This document shows, one piece after another, positions 49,688 to 64,000 of a DNA stretch of 64,000 nt. The notes under the pieces are model-generated. The model was given only the letters and a program-made list of their open reading frames with translations. It did not search any database and had not been told where the DNA came from. Origin of the DNA: Zootoca vivipara (lineage: Eukaryota); the NCBI RefSeq assembly GCF_963506605.1, contig NC_083277.1, positions 104,470,001 through 104,534,000 of the forward strand. The letters run 5' to 3'. Positions within the stretch are counted from its first letter, which is position 1. Each line of letters begins with the position of its first letter. The translations under genes and the position numbers were made by a program.

Positions 49688-50160
49688 TGGCGAGATTGTT
49701 ATATGCACAGAGATGGAAAAATACAAACCGACCCACTACAGAGGAATGGCTGATAAAACTATTGGACTTGGCTAAGATGGCAAAGTTAACGTGTTTAATT
49801 AGAGAAAAATCATTACTGAAATTTATTGGAAACTTCCTATGGGCTTTTTGCATGAAAGAGAAAATGAACATGTAATATTTGGATTTGAAGATTGAAAAAA
49901 ATATTCGTCAGTAGAATGGCTGGATGTTAATGAGTGAATACTATATTTAGCTGCAGGACAGAGAACTGGAAGTCTTTTTATCTTTCTTTATCCTTTTCTC
50001 TTCTGCTTTCTCTTCATTTTTCTTTTCTTTTTTCTGCCTCTGTTTTTTTTTAGATTAAGTATCTGTTTTATTTCAGTGTATTATAAAAAGATATTTTGTA
50101 ACAGGTATGAATTTTTGTATATATTTTAGTAAGTATCAATAAATATATTAACAAGAAAAG
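49688..50160 (+). mobile_element. L1-like 3' fragment
   Basis: ARLLYAQRWK..PTTEEWLIKL resembles ARTLLAQKWK..PTIEEW at 16230-16300; T-rich UTR and AATAAA. Confidence 0.75.
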
Positions 50161-50233
50161 CCACCTGGAAGCCACCTCTAATCTTGGTGGTTGTAGTACT
50201 GTACTCAATGGTGAAGGGGGAAATAGACATTTA

Positions 50234-50453
50234 CAGTCATACCTCTTGTTGCATCCGCTGCGGGTTGCGTTTTTCCAGGTTACAAACGCGGAAAACCCAG
50301 AAGTGTTTACTTCCGGGTTTCATCGCGCGCACATGCACAGAAGAGCTCTATTTTGCTTTCGCGCATGCGCAAAAGTGCTGTTCGGGTTGCGGCCTTTTTG
50401 GGGGGCAAACGGCACCCTGGAATGGATCGGGTCCGCAACCCGAGGTACCACTG
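50234..50453. mobile_element. Tigger-like MITE
   Basis: CAGTCATACCTC ... GAGGTACCACTG ends. Confidence 0.7.
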
Positions 50454-51545
50454 CCTAACAATGTATCACTGAATATACTCAAGCTAGCTACTTTTCTTCT
50501 TCACATGGTGTACTCCGAAAACCATGTTCCAGAGGGAAATCTTCATGAATGCTGTAACAAGACAGACTTGTATGCTTATTTTAGGCTTCGAGCAAGGTAA
50601 GAAAATTATTTAATTTATATGCTGCCGGTGGAGACAGTGGAGTCGCAGCTGATGAGTTTGATCTGCCCTAGTTCCCAATTACCTATGAAGTGGCAGATCT
50701 CAAAACTAATAAAGCACATCCTTAGGGTCTTCATAGTAAATGGTGGTGGTGAAATAAAACAGCTCAGGGTTTTTACAACATACTGGCTGATAACGTAGTC
50801 CTCCAGTCCAGTCCCGGGGGCAAGAAGATCATGGATCGGGAGTGGGGAAGGGAGAAAGAGACCAGGACCATGAAAACTAGCAGCCTGCTTAAAAAACAAA
50901 ACAAAAACACTTCTGGGAAGCGGCTAGAAAAGCAAAAGGTTCACCAAAAAAGAAAAAAAAGAGGCTGGCAGGAGGAGGGTGGAAGACATCTCACAGAGCC
51001 TGTGCAATGTCAAATGCAATGGTGAAGATCAATAGCCCTACACAATGCACTGAGAATGAAAGGGGAGTGGGGGGTTTAACTTTCTGCCTCTTGACTCAAC
51101 TGAGACACACAGAAAAACTGAACTAGGAATGTTTTTATGAATGGAGATGGCCTTTTGGAACTCCCTGCCATTTTATATAACGCAGGGACCTTCTCTACTG
51201 CCCTTTTGACATTCCTCTTTCAACAAGCCTTCTAAGTGAAATTCTTAAGCCAGCTGGTGTCTTGTCAGAAACTGAAGTGAATTGTGTGCTACTGAAAAAG
51301 TAGATTCCGGAATGGCTTAGTGCCTTTCTAATTCCAAGCTGAGGAGTCACGATCAGGGGTCTTCAATCCAAGTTGCCATACTCAACAATGGCAAGTGTTC
51401 TGCTGCCTTCTCTTAAGCAGAACGAGGAGCAGCCTTCCTGGAAGCAGAACGAGGAGCAGCCTTATTCTCATTCTGTGCTTCTGAGACACACAGGGCACAC
51501 GGGAAGCACAGTACAATTCCAGGAATAATCCCACTTAGAGAAGGT

Positions 51546-51581
<36 letters not shown>

Positions 51582-52827
51582 AAATTAATGGATGCAGTGG
51601 TGCGATTAGGTAATTCTTGTATCTGGACTTAACAGGGTCCAAGTGTGATAAGCCAGCTCTGCAGAGTTTGGGAGCCCTCCTGTTCATTCTGCAGAGCGGG
51701 GACCTGGGCTTCTGCCTCAAGTCAATCCGACACTGGTAATACCACTGAGTGTTCATGCATGTGGAGGAATGGGGTAGGTGGCCCTGCAAAATTTTTTAGT
51801 TCCAACCCCAGCTACCCATGACATTCAGCACCCAACAAATTACTTCATAGGGAAAGTGGCCCTCAGGGGAGAAACTGGTACTCCCCACACCTGACATACA
51901 GCATGAGAGTTACCCCACAACTGGGAATCTGTTCCCTACTGACAAGGAGATTTTAAGAGCCCAGCAAAGAAGGTCTAGGACATCTATAGGGTCCCTATTT
52001 GGAAGAGCCACTGACTCCGTAACACAATCTATTTCTGAGCTACACACACAACCCCCGGTACTGTTTGTTTTAAAGGAAGCCCGTTGTCATACCTAATCAA
52101 AAGAGTAATTTCTCATTTAAGTTGTGCTTCACTTAAAATCGCATTTCCTCTGTGGGCAAGAAGACCCTTTCAATCTTTAAACTGAATATATAAAAACAGG
52201 GAACATAATTTTGACAGTCCGCTCTCCAAATATCTGGGGAAGGAGGGGAGGGGAGAGAAGAGAAAATTCTATAGAATTGGGTCTGCTGAATGCAAATTCC
52301 AAATGCATTTGTTTACTGGGTTGGGGGGGGGAGAGAAGGGAGAGAGAGAGGAGAGTTGTGTACCGAAGAGAGGTAGCCCCACGGGAGGAGAGTCATCCTA
52401 GTGATCCCACGTGCAGATGCAGCTTCTGATCTATTTCTAACTGATGTGATGCGTTTGATCTGGTTTATAAATCCTCACTTTTTTGGAGGCAGATCTTCAA
52501 AGATGAAAGCAACTGCCTCACCCAGGGGAACAGCATGAAACACACATGTCAGGTTAAGGGGTGGGGTGGGGAGAAGAAAGATATTCCTTGCTCCCCTTCC
52601 CCAAGTGGGAGAGGCTATTTTTACAGCCGTAAAATCCAAACGCTGATGAGGTTACTGTCATTTCACTCATATACCCTCTCTGCCTCATATTAACAATCTG
52701 CCCTTCTGCACAGCCTTAATTTTCTTTGATATTACAAACAAATGTTAGGATTTGGCACATTTTATCCGTCAACAGCTGCTTATCATCATTCTGTGCCGTG
52801 ATATGCAGAGGGCTAGTGGCAGAGAAA

Positions 52828-53009
52828 TTATATTCCGGCGTACAAGACGACTGGGCATATAAGACGACCCCCAACTTTCCCAGTTAAAATAAAGAGTTTG
52901 GGATATACTCGCCGTATAAGAAATACGAGCCGGCGTATAAGACGACCCCCGACTTTTGAGAATATTTTCCTGGGTTAAAAAGTAGTCTTATACGCAGGAA
53001 TATATAGTA
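52828..53009. mobile_element. pogo/Tigger-like MITE
   Basis: tatattcc..gcgta ... tacgcaggaatata inverted ends; repeated ataagacgaccccc. Confidence 0.7.
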
Positions 53010-55574
53010 CACTAATGAAACAGAAGGCCCGGCCTTGGAAAAAGCATGCTTCTTGAGACAACTAGGTCGAAGTCTTGAGGGTCCTTCTAAACTGACCATT
53101 TGTGCAGGGAACTGCAGGCGAGTTTCTGTCAATATTTATCACACTCCATATCCATTGCTTTAAAAGAGAGATGTGTAAGTAAGTAAAAGGGGGGGGGAAT
53201 TAGTTTGATTTTAAGATCAATTTTCAGAAGAAGGGACCTTAAGCAACTAAAACACAGTGTTAAGACCAAACATACCCGACTCCAACATAACTCTAGGTAC
53301 AAGAAAAGGGTGACACTGCAGAAAGTGAAGAATGATATCAGCTGTTCCTTGCATACTGGCTCATTTACCTTTTTAAGCTGCTTGATAGCTGCACATGCTG
53401 ACTGTCAGCTGAGCTGGTTTATATGCACAGCATCAACTCATGCTGCCTGAGAGCACAGGGGGTTTGAGCCATGCCTGAGGCTATGCATGCTCCATGCACT
53501 TGAGAGAATATTCTGTGCTAAGGTAAATAAAATGCTGAGTCAAGAAATCGCAATTCTGTGCCCTGCACGAAGCATGCAAATTAATCACTTTTACATACAT
53601 CTGCTTATTTTACACAATCTGTTCTGCTACTGTCAGTCACACATGGAACTTTATACATGCCAGTGAGCCCTCATCCCCAAGACCACTGGGATACCCTTCT
53701 TCTCTTCTCCCTATTTCACCAGGCATCACCTATCCACACACACACACACACAAGCTTATTTTCAGAGTCAGGTAGGCAACAAACCAAAAGGACCAAAACA
53801 GGGATTCAAGTTCTACGTGTGCACAGATTAAGGAAAGATCTAAAAAACTACAATGTCACTAAAGACAGTGGAGAGATAAAGATAACTGTCTGCACTGGAG
53901 TCTGAAGCTGCCTTCTTTTTTTGCTTAAGCAAACCTAGAAACATGTAAGCAGCATCTCAGATGCATACATACCAAGAAATTTATGGGATAGGCTTTCCGG
54001 GGGGGGGGGGCATGTATGCATTAGTATATACTGTGCCCACTTGAATCCTTTAGACCTCAGATGCAGTCTCACTTCAGCCTTTGCCCTCACGGCCTGAATA
54101 TATTGTACAACATGATTTTGCATAAATCGTGCAAAGCACAGAATTTAAATTGTTTTCGGCACAGGCTCTGGATTTCTGGAGTGTAGATTATATGCAGCCC
54201 TGGGTATAGACTCCTCTCTTTAGCTCTCAGGACAATAAGCTGTGCAAATAATTACAAAGCTTTTGCCTCTGGAGGCTTAATGGCTTCAGCCCAGCTTACC
54301 AAAGAGACCTACTCTTTCCTTTACTCTCTTACTGAGATCAACTAAGAGCAGGTTCTCCCATATACCTTCTGTGCACTAATTTCATTCTACAAGGAGACAG
54401 CATTCTTGGCATAGGCTGCCCTCGATCTAGAATGCTCCCACTGTGGTCTTTCATAGGTCTTTCAAAAGCCCCACAGTAACGCTTTCTAATCTGAGCAGGC
54501 TTTCGGTGGGAACCCCTAAGGATTTAACAGCAATGCCTTGTCTTTTGATTGGCCATTTTGAGTTTGAGTTTTCAGTTATAATACACTGCCCAAAACTGTC
54601 AGGGGGGGCCCCCTAGAAATTAAAGCCAACATATACTGGCGTCTGTACATGTATCTATTCCTCTTTGTTACATAATGCAAAACTCTTCTCCTGCAGATTT
54701 CCCTGCCTCCGGATATCAACATCTTAGCAGGAGCTGAAGGGATGAACCAGCGATAAGGATAACAAGAACATCAAGGTACACTGGAGATAGCAATACGCTT
54801 TCCAGACTCTGCAATAATTAAAAGGGTAGGTAAGCTAGAAACAACTTTGCAAAGCTAAGAAGGTTCAGGATAGGGTTCCATTAGACAAACTGCCTGTGGC
54901 AATGTACACGTTAATTTTCAGTGGTTTGATGAAAGCATGCCTGGGGTTATCCATCTCAATTAGTGCATGAATAAATGGCATAAGGAAAGCCCTAATTTAA
55001 GCTATGTTCTGGGGCTGCTACATGCACACAACACGGCAGAGCCGGCAGATATATTGCTTACTACACATCAGCAGCACACGGTACGGTGGGGCTTTAAAAG
55101 AGGATTAGACAAATTCATGGAGGATAAAGCGATCAATGGTTACTAGTCATGATGGCTGTGTTCCACCTTCACTGTTGTTGAATGTCTCTGAGTACCAGTT
55201 GCGAGTCAACCAATTGCAGTTGAGCAGGGTGTTGTTGTGCTCAGGCCTTGCTTGAGTGCTTCCTGGAGGCACCCATTGGCCACCAGGATGCTAGTCTAGA
55301 TGGGTCATTGGTCTGATCCAGCAGGCTTTGCCCCATCCCCATCCCCCCGTCTGCTACTGACTCACATTCTAAATTTGCTTAAAACATTCCCCCCCCAAAA
55401 AAATTGCTTCCACCAAAATTGTGGTGGAATTGAGAATTGTACTTTTGTGTGCACATGTGTGTATGGGGAGGTGTCCATAGTTCTTTTTCTCTGACCTCTA
55501 GCCATGGCACTAAAATTCCTAGGGACCCTTAGAGAACAGCTGGAATAGCTAAATGTCATGTATATACTGAATAA

Positions 55575-56094
55575 AAAAGGTAAAGGACCCCTGGGTGGTT
55601 AAGTCCAGTCAAAGGCGACTATGGGGTTGCAGCGCTCATTTCGCTTTTCCGGCGGAGGGAGCAGGTGTTTGTCCACAGACAGCTTTCCGGATCATTATGA
55701 AACCGCTACTGGTGCACAAGTGCCAGAGTGCACGGAAACGCTGTTTACCTTCCTGCCGCAGCGGTACCTATTTATCTACTCGTGCTCATATACCTGCGAA
55801 CTGCTAGGTTAGCAGAAGCTGGGACAGAGCCATGGGAGCTCACCCCATTGCGTGGATTCCAATGCTGCCCTTCTGCTTGGCAAGCCCAAGAGGCTCAGTG
55901 GTTTAGACCACAAAGCCACCTGTGTCCCTGGTCGCAGTTCAAAAGCAAGTTAACTACGTACCGCTGCAGCGGGAAGGTAAATGGTGTTTCCATGGACAAA
56001 TGCTGGCTTCCTTGGCCTGAAGTGAGATGAGCGTTGCACCCCATAGTTGCCTTTGACTGGACGTAACCATCCAGGGATCCTTTACCTTTTTACC
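55575..56094. mobile_element. Head-to-head pair of Sauria SINEs inside one TSD
   Basis: Minus copy 55575-55928 and plus 3' fragment 55958-56094; TSD TATATACTGAATAA at 55561-55574 and 56095-56108. Confidence 0.85.
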
Positions 56095-59000
56095 TATATA
56101 CTGAATAACAGCAATTGTAGCAGTTCAGCTAACCAGCTGCTGGTGTTTAGCCTTCTTCTGGGCTTAGGTTTGCCTTTTGACTAGCAGAGAAACTCAGTGA
56201 AACACAGTTTTATACTACCGTATAAGCCTTGGGAACAAGGGTACACTAGTCTTGTTATGCCTCAGATACAGTTTTCCACCCTGAGCCTTTTGGGACAAGC
56301 ACAATTTTAAATCTATGGGGAGTGGGAAAGAGACATGAACAAAAGGATAAAAAAGGAAATCAAATGACAATCCTACCTACTTCTGCACTCTGGGGTATTT
56401 CATTTCAGTGTCTGAAAAAATGGTACAATTGGGTACAGGAAATTAGCAAGCAGTAGTAGCATCCCCTAGTAAGTATACTTCAGGTTGGCTTAGGGCTCAT
56501 TGAGATACCTCAATACAAAGACATTCCCTGCACACAGAAAACAAGCATGTCAGGGACAAGTCTAGCGTTTGGCACTGAGGAGCTGTCACGTGAGCCCCCG
56601 CCAGCAGTCACAAGTGGTATAGGCCAGACAAGAGGTTTGCCACCCAATTAGGATTGAGAGAAAGAGAGAAATGGAAGCAGATAGGTAAGATGGGAATACC
56701 ACCTTAGCTGCTAAGGCCTAGCACTTCCACGATGGCCTACTATTTGTATTTAAGAGGGTTGTTCTAGGAAAACTCCTGAGCATCTGGTCTACTGGGGCTG
56801 AACAGGGATATATTCCCAAACCTATCTGGAACCTCAGATGACAAAACTCTTTTGCATTAACTTAACTTTTCAGCAGGGTTGTGGCGGTTAAAGATTACAG
56901 TCTGGTTCTTTATCAGGTGAGGCAGTCTTCCTCTGAAGGCAGGACCCTGACTTAGCTGACGTTTCATGTCAGTCCCCACAATCCATCTGGCTGGTCCTTC
57001 AGGGTATTTTCCGATGCTCCCGCATACGATGACCCCGAAAGTGCTCTTTGCAGAGGCAGCGTCTCACTTGGTGGCAAATGCCAACACCTTTTGTTTTGCG
57101 ACTGAGCGAATCCCCCCAAACTGCAAGTTCTTTCTCGGTCTCAAAAACGAGACGTGCAAAATAGTTCTGAGCACCATGGATACCTCCTGGCATCCCGTCC
57201 CATCCCCCCCCCCGGCCGCCAAGGGTCAGAATCAGAGGAGCTGTCGCCACTGCTAACTGTCGCCAGGAACCACCCAAGCAGAAGCTGGTTGGGGGGAAGT
57301 GACAACTGATTTTGATTGCTCCAGACTGAAGGACTCTTCAGGAAGGCCAGAGGCCTCAAGGCACAGAGCAACAGCATCCCAGCAATGCACAGTGATCTGT
57401 GAAGAGAGCTGTCGTGATTCCACGGCATCCCTCAACTTCCATGCAAGCTTGCAAGGAGGGCAGGGGGGAACAACAACAAGCTGATCTCCTTTGCTCACAA
57501 AATAGCTAATCAGGGCTTTCTAAATAATGCAAAAAGAAACTTGTTTTTTTCAGGGCGGGAAGTTCACCGCGTGAGAGAAGAATTTTGTTTGTGTTAAAAA
57601 GCCCCAAAGCACTGCAGAAATAGAAGCTAAGAGAAAATAATATATGCTCAGCAGGTGGGCAGATTTCCCTCTCTCTTTCCTGCCCCCCCAACCGCTTACG
57701 GCAAGTCAACTGCTACAGTAAAAAACCTTAGACTAAATTTAAAGAACTACAACACAAGTATTGTGGTTAAGAGGCTGAGGACAAACTCATCAATCCAGCT
57801 TCATGTCAATCGTCCACACAAATCCTACACATCTCTACACAAATAAGGCACCCTATTCACAAACCAGTAGCCCACAGAAAGCCAGCAAGGAATTGAATCC
57901 AGCAGTGCAAGATAAGAGAATAAGAGCAGCCTAAAGGTCTAAATAATCCAGCAATCTCTTTCCCACAGTGGCCAACCAGATGCCTATGGGAAAAAATGCA
58001 AACAAGACTAGATTGTAATAACAGAGGAATACTACTCTGATACGGAAAGAAATATACCCCCCCCCATCATGACTAGTAGCTACTGATACGTCTTATTCTC
58101 CTTTTAAATCCATCCAAGCTGGCAGCGATCACTACTTTCATAGAATTGTAGAGTTGGAAGGGACCGTGAGGGTCATCTAGTGCAACCCCCTGCAATGCAG
58201 GAAACTTTTTTGCCCAATGTGGGGCTCAAACCCACAACCCTGAGATCTCATATGCTACCAACTGAGCTATCTCATAATTTGCTTCCCTACCCCGTGTCTT
58301 TTTTCTAAGCTAGAAAGTCCTAAACAGTGTAACCCTTTTCTTATAAAGGAGTTGCTCCAGTGCCTTGATCATTTTGGTTGCTTTTAAATTTAATTTCTCT
58401 GTTTTAAAAGTATCCCTTTTGAGGTGCGGTGTCCAGAATTACATGCCCAGCATTCCAGGTGTGGCTGAAACATAGATTTGCGTAAATATGCTATGACACT
58501 GATAAGTTTTATTTTCAATGTAATTCCTTTCCTAATGAAGTAGATTCTAAGTTTAAAAATTTTGTTTAGATATTCACACACACCCCTTTTATGTAAGTCA
58601 CAACTTTGAGAAGTTATACAGATCTTCAGCTGAACTTTAATTGCTCCAATTGAGGCTTTATTCAGGTGCAACATGAGGTCATGTTAATCCATAGGATTGA
58701 GGACAGAGAAGGCTCAATTTAAGAGATTACTATGACCAACAGGTAAAGCTTGATAAAACTGCCATTAAGATAATGTGTAGTCAACAATACAAAGATTTCC
58801 AGGGTCAGTTAGAGAAGAACCTGAACGACGGGAATGTTCCTAAATAACAGAGAATGATGTGAAGATAGTTCCATCTTCAGAGTTGAAGGAAGGGTGGGAT
58901 ACAGGTGAAACAAGTAAATAACATCTGTCAGAGAGAAAGATATCATGAATGGGTAGATCCAGATTAGAAGGCAGGCACTGGAGGTAGTGGAACACAGGGA

Positions 59001-59651
59001 ATGGTTGGATGGTTGTGGGTTGCCAGGGGCTGAACTGAGGAGGAATGGTGGGGGCTGCCCCCACCTTCTCCTGAACCTTCCCAAGAACAGGAAGACAGTA
59101 TAGATTTAGAACAGTGGTTTGCAGAAGGACATAGTTCACAGGCTGCAGAGGGGGGAAAGCTGGGAAATATTGGGAGAGGAACAAGCAGGAAGAAGCAGCA
59201 CCGGAGGAGCGACAGCTGACAGATTCAGTGTCTTTGGAAAGCGTTCCTGAGCGCCCCCCCCCCCCGGACTAGGCAGGCATTGAGAGTAGTAGAACAGAAA
59301 GCTCATAGGCAGAAAACTCAAAATTAGCCAGCGCAGGGATGACATAGAATAGGAGAGATGGAGGCGGTTGGAATTTAGTCAGAGCAATGCCATTATTTAA
59401 CAGAGACTGCATTCCTTCGTCTCTCTCTGTGAATACTGAATAAATTACGTGGTAAGAACTATTCTTGTTTATCTGCTTTTTGGCTGCCACCAGGGGAGGG
59501 ATCGGATTCCCTGAAGCCTGACATGGGTGGTCACTGTGGTCTACCTACCTTTAAGAAGAGGTGACTCCGACTAGCAGAGGTTTGGGCCGAGGGCAAAGAG
59601 CAAGAGATAGTTCTATCAACCCACCAAGCCCTACCTTGCTATAACTATTTA

Positions 59652-60017
<366 letters not shown>

Positions 60018-60118
60018 TCACTGATGAACCCTGACCCCCAGTTCAAACATGCTGATAAACTGAGTTTAAAGGAAACAAACAGACTCAGGGTTGTATTCAG
60101 TGTAGTGTTAAATGGTGT

Positions 60119-60492
60119 AGGTGGCACTGTGGTCTAAACCACTGAGTCTCTTGGGCTTGCTGATCAGAAGGTTGGCGGTTCGAATCCCTGTGACGGGGTG
60201 AGCTCCCGTTGCTCTGTCTCAGATCTTGCCAACCTAGCAGTTTGAAAGCACGCCAGTGCAAGTAGATAAATAGGTACCGCTCTGGCAGGAAGGTAAACTG
60301 CATTTTTGTGCGCTCTGGTTTCTATCACAGCGTTCCGTTGCGCCAGAAGTGGTTTAGTCATGCTGGCGACATGACCCAGAAAGCTGTCTGCGGACAAACG
60401 CTGGCTCCCTCGGCTTGAAAGCGAGATGAGCGCCGCAACCCCATAGTCACCTTTGACTGGACTTAACCATCCAGGGGTCCTTTACCTTTTTT
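60119..60492 (+). mobile_element. Near full-length Sauria SINE
   Basis: tRNA-like head ggttcgaatccc, body, tail cctttaccttt. Confidence 0.9.
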
Positions 60493-60861
60493 TAACCTAA
60501 GTGGACAGTACCAAAGGGGCAAGGATTTCTCATTGTGCAGCAGAACTATCTCCCCCTCTGCTCCCCCCACCACACCACTTCCTAAATCCATTCTGGAGAA
60601 TCCTCCAACTCTCTGGAAGAGGAGAGGGAGGAAGTCCCATTGTGCTAGTGCCAATCCTTGTGCTAGCACAATTATTTCATTTAACACCGCCCCCCTAAGT
60701 CCTCCATGGAGCTGTTCAGGAGCAAGCATGAGTGGTTCCAGCTCATGTGTCTTGCAGAAAACCATGGTTTAGCATGATACGAAGATGTGTGAAGTACTCT
60801 GAATGCACCTGGATTGATCTAACACCCAGTCCTGTAAGGAAATAAGTTATAAAGCAGCTCA

Positions 60862-61365
<504 letters not shown>

Positions 61366-61459
61366 CTAAAAAATAACCATCAATAATTATTAATAGATCC
61401 TACTAGCATCTAAGGCCAGGTGGGTGGGGAGAATGATAGAAATTTCTAAAATTATGTAT

Positions 61460-61495
<36 letters not shown>

Positions 61496-64000
61496 GATTT
61501 ATCCTTCTTTCCCACTATTTTAGATCATCCCTTGACACTGATCGGGAGCAAATTCAGCACAAACCAACGGAGTATTTATTCAGAAAGTGCATCATCAACG
61601 TATGGGATTCAGTGTTACAAGAGAGCCAGTGTGGTGTAACGGTTAGAGTGTTGAACTAGGACCTGGGAGAGCAGGGTTCGAATCCCCACTCGGCCATGAA
61701 GCTCACTGGGTGACTTTGGACCAGTCACTATCTCTTACCCTAACCCTAACCTACCTCACAGAGTTGTTGTAAGGATGAAATGGGGATGAGGAGAATCATG
61801 TGTACCACCCAGAGCTTCTTGAAAGAGAAATGTGACATATAGACGTAATAAATAATATAAATAAGCCACTAGTTTAGAAGGAACTTTATAAAGGGATTAG
61901 ACAAATTCATAGCTAGGGATGATGGGAGTTGCAGTCCCAAAACATCCGGAGGGCTGAGTTTGGGGATGCCTGTTCTAGAGTATCAAAAGGTGTAAAAATC
62001 AAATACAATCCCCAGTGCTCCAAATAATGTAGGGCTCAGCACATGGTGTTGGGGGGGGGGAGCAGGCCTCTCCTCCTCCACTAGATCCCCAGCCAGGTAG
62101 AAAGGAAGTTTCACTCTGAAAATACAGGCAGCAAAACAGTCTGAAGAGCAGCCTTCTAAGACTCAGGGATTTTTCTGCCAGCACCCTGCAAGAATGTTGT
62201 GGCAGCTTTTCTATAGACAGTAGGTCAAGAGTCCTAAACCCAGGGTCTGGTTTCCAAAAGGTTCAGTTAAGAATGTGCAAGAAACCGGGATGCTATGACA
62301 TTAGCAAGAAGAGCTCTTTGCTGGGGGAACAAACAGTCGGCCTGTAAAACCAACCACATCAGCGGGTGTAACAATGGACGCTCGTCCCATTTCAAGGTGC
62401 AAATATTTAAAATCTGGCCCTTCCCAAGCCAGAGACGGAGGAAGCTTGCAACTTGAAAAGCAGGGAGCATCTAGTGTGGGGCTTCCCCTTGAAGCAGCTA
62501 ATGGAATGTAAAGCTTGAAAAATGAGGACTTCCTGTTTCGACCGAAAGACACATGGAGCAGCCTCTGCCGCAGAAGGAATGCTGTTGTGAGGCCTTGCTG
62601 AATAAACACTCCTGAACCTTTGGTCCATGGCCAGGTTACATCATTCCAAGGAGTGTACTGAAAAGAAGGACTCTCATATACGAATTTCCTCCCAACTCCT
62701 AAGTCCCACTGTGTTCTCTTCCAAGCAGCATTCCGCTGCAATGGGAAAACAGGAGGAAGCTGCCTATACCAACTCAGTCCATTGGTTCATGTAGCTCAGT
62801 ATTGTCCACGATAACTTGCACACGCTTGCTGCACATGCATCAGGACCACCTATTAATACAGCGGAAGGTGGAGAGCCTCAAAATGAAAAGGGAAGCTGAA
62901 CCCCCAACTTGGGACTGGGAGGCTGGGAGCAAAATGCCCATAACAGCAAAGCATAGGCAGATAAAGGGAGGGAGGAGGTTCAGTTCTCTCACGTGTGTAT
63001 CCCTCTTTTGTTAAAATTAAAAAGCCCAGCACCACTTGCTTCGTATATAAACACAGCAGGCACGTGAACAAAGGTGCTCCAATCATATTTGGTTTGCCCC
63101 CCGCAAAGGATGGCACTTTTAGCTATGCTCATGTGTTTTGGGATAAGGAAACAATATGAACCAGCCTTCCCCAACCTGATGCTCTTCAGATGTTTTGGGC
63201 TCCAACCCGCATCAATCCTAATCAGCATATGCCCACAACATGATGGAAGTTGAAGTCCAAAACATATGGAGGGCGCCAGGGTTGGGGAAGGCTAGATGGC
63301 TGATATAATCCCTTCAGACTCTCCATGAAATGTCACCTAGAATTTTTTCACACGCAGGACAGAATAAAGATAATAGTTTGAGTTTCCTCACTTGAAGCTT
63401 TATATGTGTATATATTGTAACATCACAAATGGAAATTGTTAATTACATAGGAATTATTATTCTAACTGACATTAATTACGATAATGGAACACAGTGATAT
63501 AAGATCGGAAATGCACCCAAACTATCATGCGGGGAGCCACTTTTAACTAAAATGTATGGAAGTTGGCTGGCACTTTGAGAATTGTATCATTTGGGAATTG
63601 TTATTGTTATAATTTGGCTATTATTGGGGGAACGGTATATTGGAAACTAATAAAAATGTTTTAAGAAAAGAAAAGAAATGGCACCTAGAATTAAGGCAGC
63701 AGTTACCATGTTCATTCTTAAAGAGTGTTTTATTTGTGGCATTCCACAGAGCATTGGAATAGTTAAGAATGTAGGTCACTGCCCACATCTCTTCTTTTCC
63801 CTCTTATCTAGTTGCCACCTATTCATGCTATACAAACTGAAGGTAGCAACTCGAAGGCCTTGCACACACAGCTACGGCTGGCAGCCATGGCAGGAGGCTA
63901 GTGTAGAGAATTTACCTGTGCTCCTAGAATATCTCGGCATTAATTACATTAATAGAAGCCAGGCTGCTTAGATTAGGCATACACTCCTGTTTATACATCT

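Overview
Vertebrate genomic DNA, almost certainly a squamate (lizard), judged from Sauria SINEs, BovB, CR1/L2 and Penelope-type repeats. It covers part of the conserved IKZF4-RPS26 block. Genes: (1) complete 4-exon RPS26 on the minus strand (ATG 25083-25085, stop 19270-19272) with TATA, TCT/5'TOP and ZNF143-type promoter elements; (2) a plus-strand SCAN + degenerate KRAB + 9xC2H2 zinc-finger gene (~612 aa, 31377-35710) lying between RPS26 and IKZF4; (3) the last five coding exons of IKZF4/Eos on the minus strand (61250 to 43943) with a ~5.7 kb 3'UTR; the 5' exons appear to lie beyond the window. The left ~18 kb is an old, decayed tandem duplication carrying a candidate small secreted-protein gene and its pseudogene. 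It is rich in transposons, including palindromic Penelope-like elements with minimal hammerhead ribozyme motifs and three separate templated copies of nearby DNA. All calls come from reading the sequence; no searches were run, and repeat boundaries without a TSD are approximate.
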